From: Cetorhinus maximus
Lineage: Eukaryota
Direction of reading: 5' to 3'
DNA: 64,000 nucleotides
Assembly (NCBI RefSeq): GCF_964194155.1
Contig: NC_135893.1
Coordinates: forward strand, 22,630,001-22,694,000
Part shown: positions 62,434-64,000 of the stretch, in pieces
Numbering within the stretch: the stretch's first letter is position 1
Layout: each line of letters begins with the position of its first letter
The notes under the pieces: generated by a model
What the model saw: the letters and a program-made list of their open reading frames with translations, nothing else
Told to the model about the DNA's origin: nothing
The model's database searches: none
Translations under genes and position numbers: made by a program

Positions 62434-62787
62434 ATCACTGAACTAGTAATCCAGAGGCCCAGCCTAATGCTCTGGGGGTTCAAAACGCACCCTGGCAACT
62501 GGTGCAATTTAAATTTAATTATTAAATCTGGAATATAAAGCTAGCCTCAGTAATAGTGACCATGACAACTATCATCAATTGTTGTAAAAACCCAACTGGC
62601 TTTTGGCTCACTAATGTCCTTTAGAGAAGGAAATCTGCCGTCCTTACCTGGCCTGGCTTTCAGGTGACTCCAGAGCCAGAATGTTGTGGTTGACTCTCAA
62701 CTGCCCTTAGTTCAAGGGAAATCGCGGATGGGCAACAAATGCTGGCCTTGCTTGTGACATCCACATCCCATGAAAGAATAAAAAAAG
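62434..62787 (+). mobile_element. 5'-clipped tRNA-derived SINE (same family as 47352-47739)
   Basis: CTAGTAATCCAGAGGCCCAG head, TTTAGAGAAGGAAATCTGCCG body, CCACATCCCATGAAAGAATAAAAAAA tail. Confidence 0.85.
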
Positions 62788-64000
62788 ACTGGATGAGGTT
62801 ACAAAGATAAGGTATAGCAAAGCCATGAAGGCATTTGAAATTTAATGCATTGGAGTACAGTGTAGGTTAGCAATGATGGTGGTGATGATCAGTTATGATT
62901 TAGTGTGGGGCAGGATATAGGTAACTAAATTTTGGCTGAGTTAGGGTTAATGAAGGCAAGCAGAATGACACTGATGAAATCAAGTCTAGAAGTGACAGAA
63001 GCATGAATAAGGATTTCAGTGGCACAGCAGCTGTGGTAGGAGCCTTGGCAAGATGCAGCCTTAGTGATGAAGTTTAGCTCTGGTTGAACAGGATGGCAAG
63101 GTTTCATACTGCCTGATTTTGCTTAAACAAATGGTTGGGTAGGGATGGAGTTAATGGCAGAAGAGCTGAATTTATGGCAAGGGTCATAAACAATAGCTTT
63201 GGTCTTCCCAAGGAAGCTGTGATTATCTATGGTAACGTCAAAACAAATCGAAAACTAATGGTAGATCCTGGCAGGAGCTGGGAGGCGATAGCGAAGATAA
63301 CGGGAAGAGAGGCCATTGCTGGAGTAACCAATTTAATTTCGATTAGGTAAAAATGTATCAAAAGAGGATAAGACACTGATAGACAAGTAAACTGGCAATT
63401 CATAAATCCTAGTTTCGTCCAGATGGATTTTATGGAATGCGGAACACAGATGAGAACAAAACAACTGAAACTTGGCAAAAGCTAAATTTTATATAAATCT
63501 ACCTGGAGACTGCCAGCGAGTCCGAAGAATTGACAATCTCCCTGGGCCAGTTAAATTTTAGCTTTCATCTGTCTTTCAGTGTGACACTGAAATAAACATT
63601 AAAGCTGCTCAAATGTCAGGAGTAGCATTATTAAACTAACTGTAAAAAAAAATGTAAACCACAATTTTATATTTTTTAGAATGCCAGAGGCTGCTCACAG
63701 TTTTGTGTTCTGACTGTCCCTGAATTGCCTGTTTAAACACCCCCAGAGTAAACTCATTCCCCAGGTTAGAATGACTATTTAATTTCTTCACAAAAAGGTT
63801 GCAAAAGCAAGCTTTTGCTTTATGTTCCCACTCACAACAGTACTTATAAAATCACACAGGAACAATGCCAAACTATGAATCATGCTAAAGTCTAAGATAC
63901 TAATCTTATATTGCAAATTCTGTCATAAATTAAATATGTGTGTGAAACCCAGCATGGTGTGCACCATCTGGCACCTTGTAGACACTGAGTGCTTTGACTT

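Overview
Vertebrate genomic DNA, most likely from a cartilaginous fish (shark-type CR1, Penelope and SINE repeats). Three intron-containing genes can be read from the sequence. (1) The first coding exon of caspase-9 (minus strand, 1001-1132, missed by the ORF track). (2) A complete 11-exon DDOST/OST48 gene (+, 5978-28392, 442 aa). (3) A complete DDI2 gene (+, from 30507) whose large last exon (49251-51289) is an RSC1A1-like acidic region ending in a UBA domain. The most striking signal is the 60-nt DDI2 exon 9. It preserves frame, carries a single TGA, and has an in-frame ATG 3 nt later, so skipping, readthrough or re-initiation could each give a different product. Introns and intergenic DNA are dense with retroelements and MITEs. 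These include an apparently ORF1-less LINE with a tRNA-derived 5' head whose two ends match a local SINE family, Penelope terminal repeats with hammerhead-ribozyme-like cores, several nested insertions, and a 148-bp inverted duplication. Coordinates and lengths were counted by hand and family assignments come from motif recognition, not database searches.
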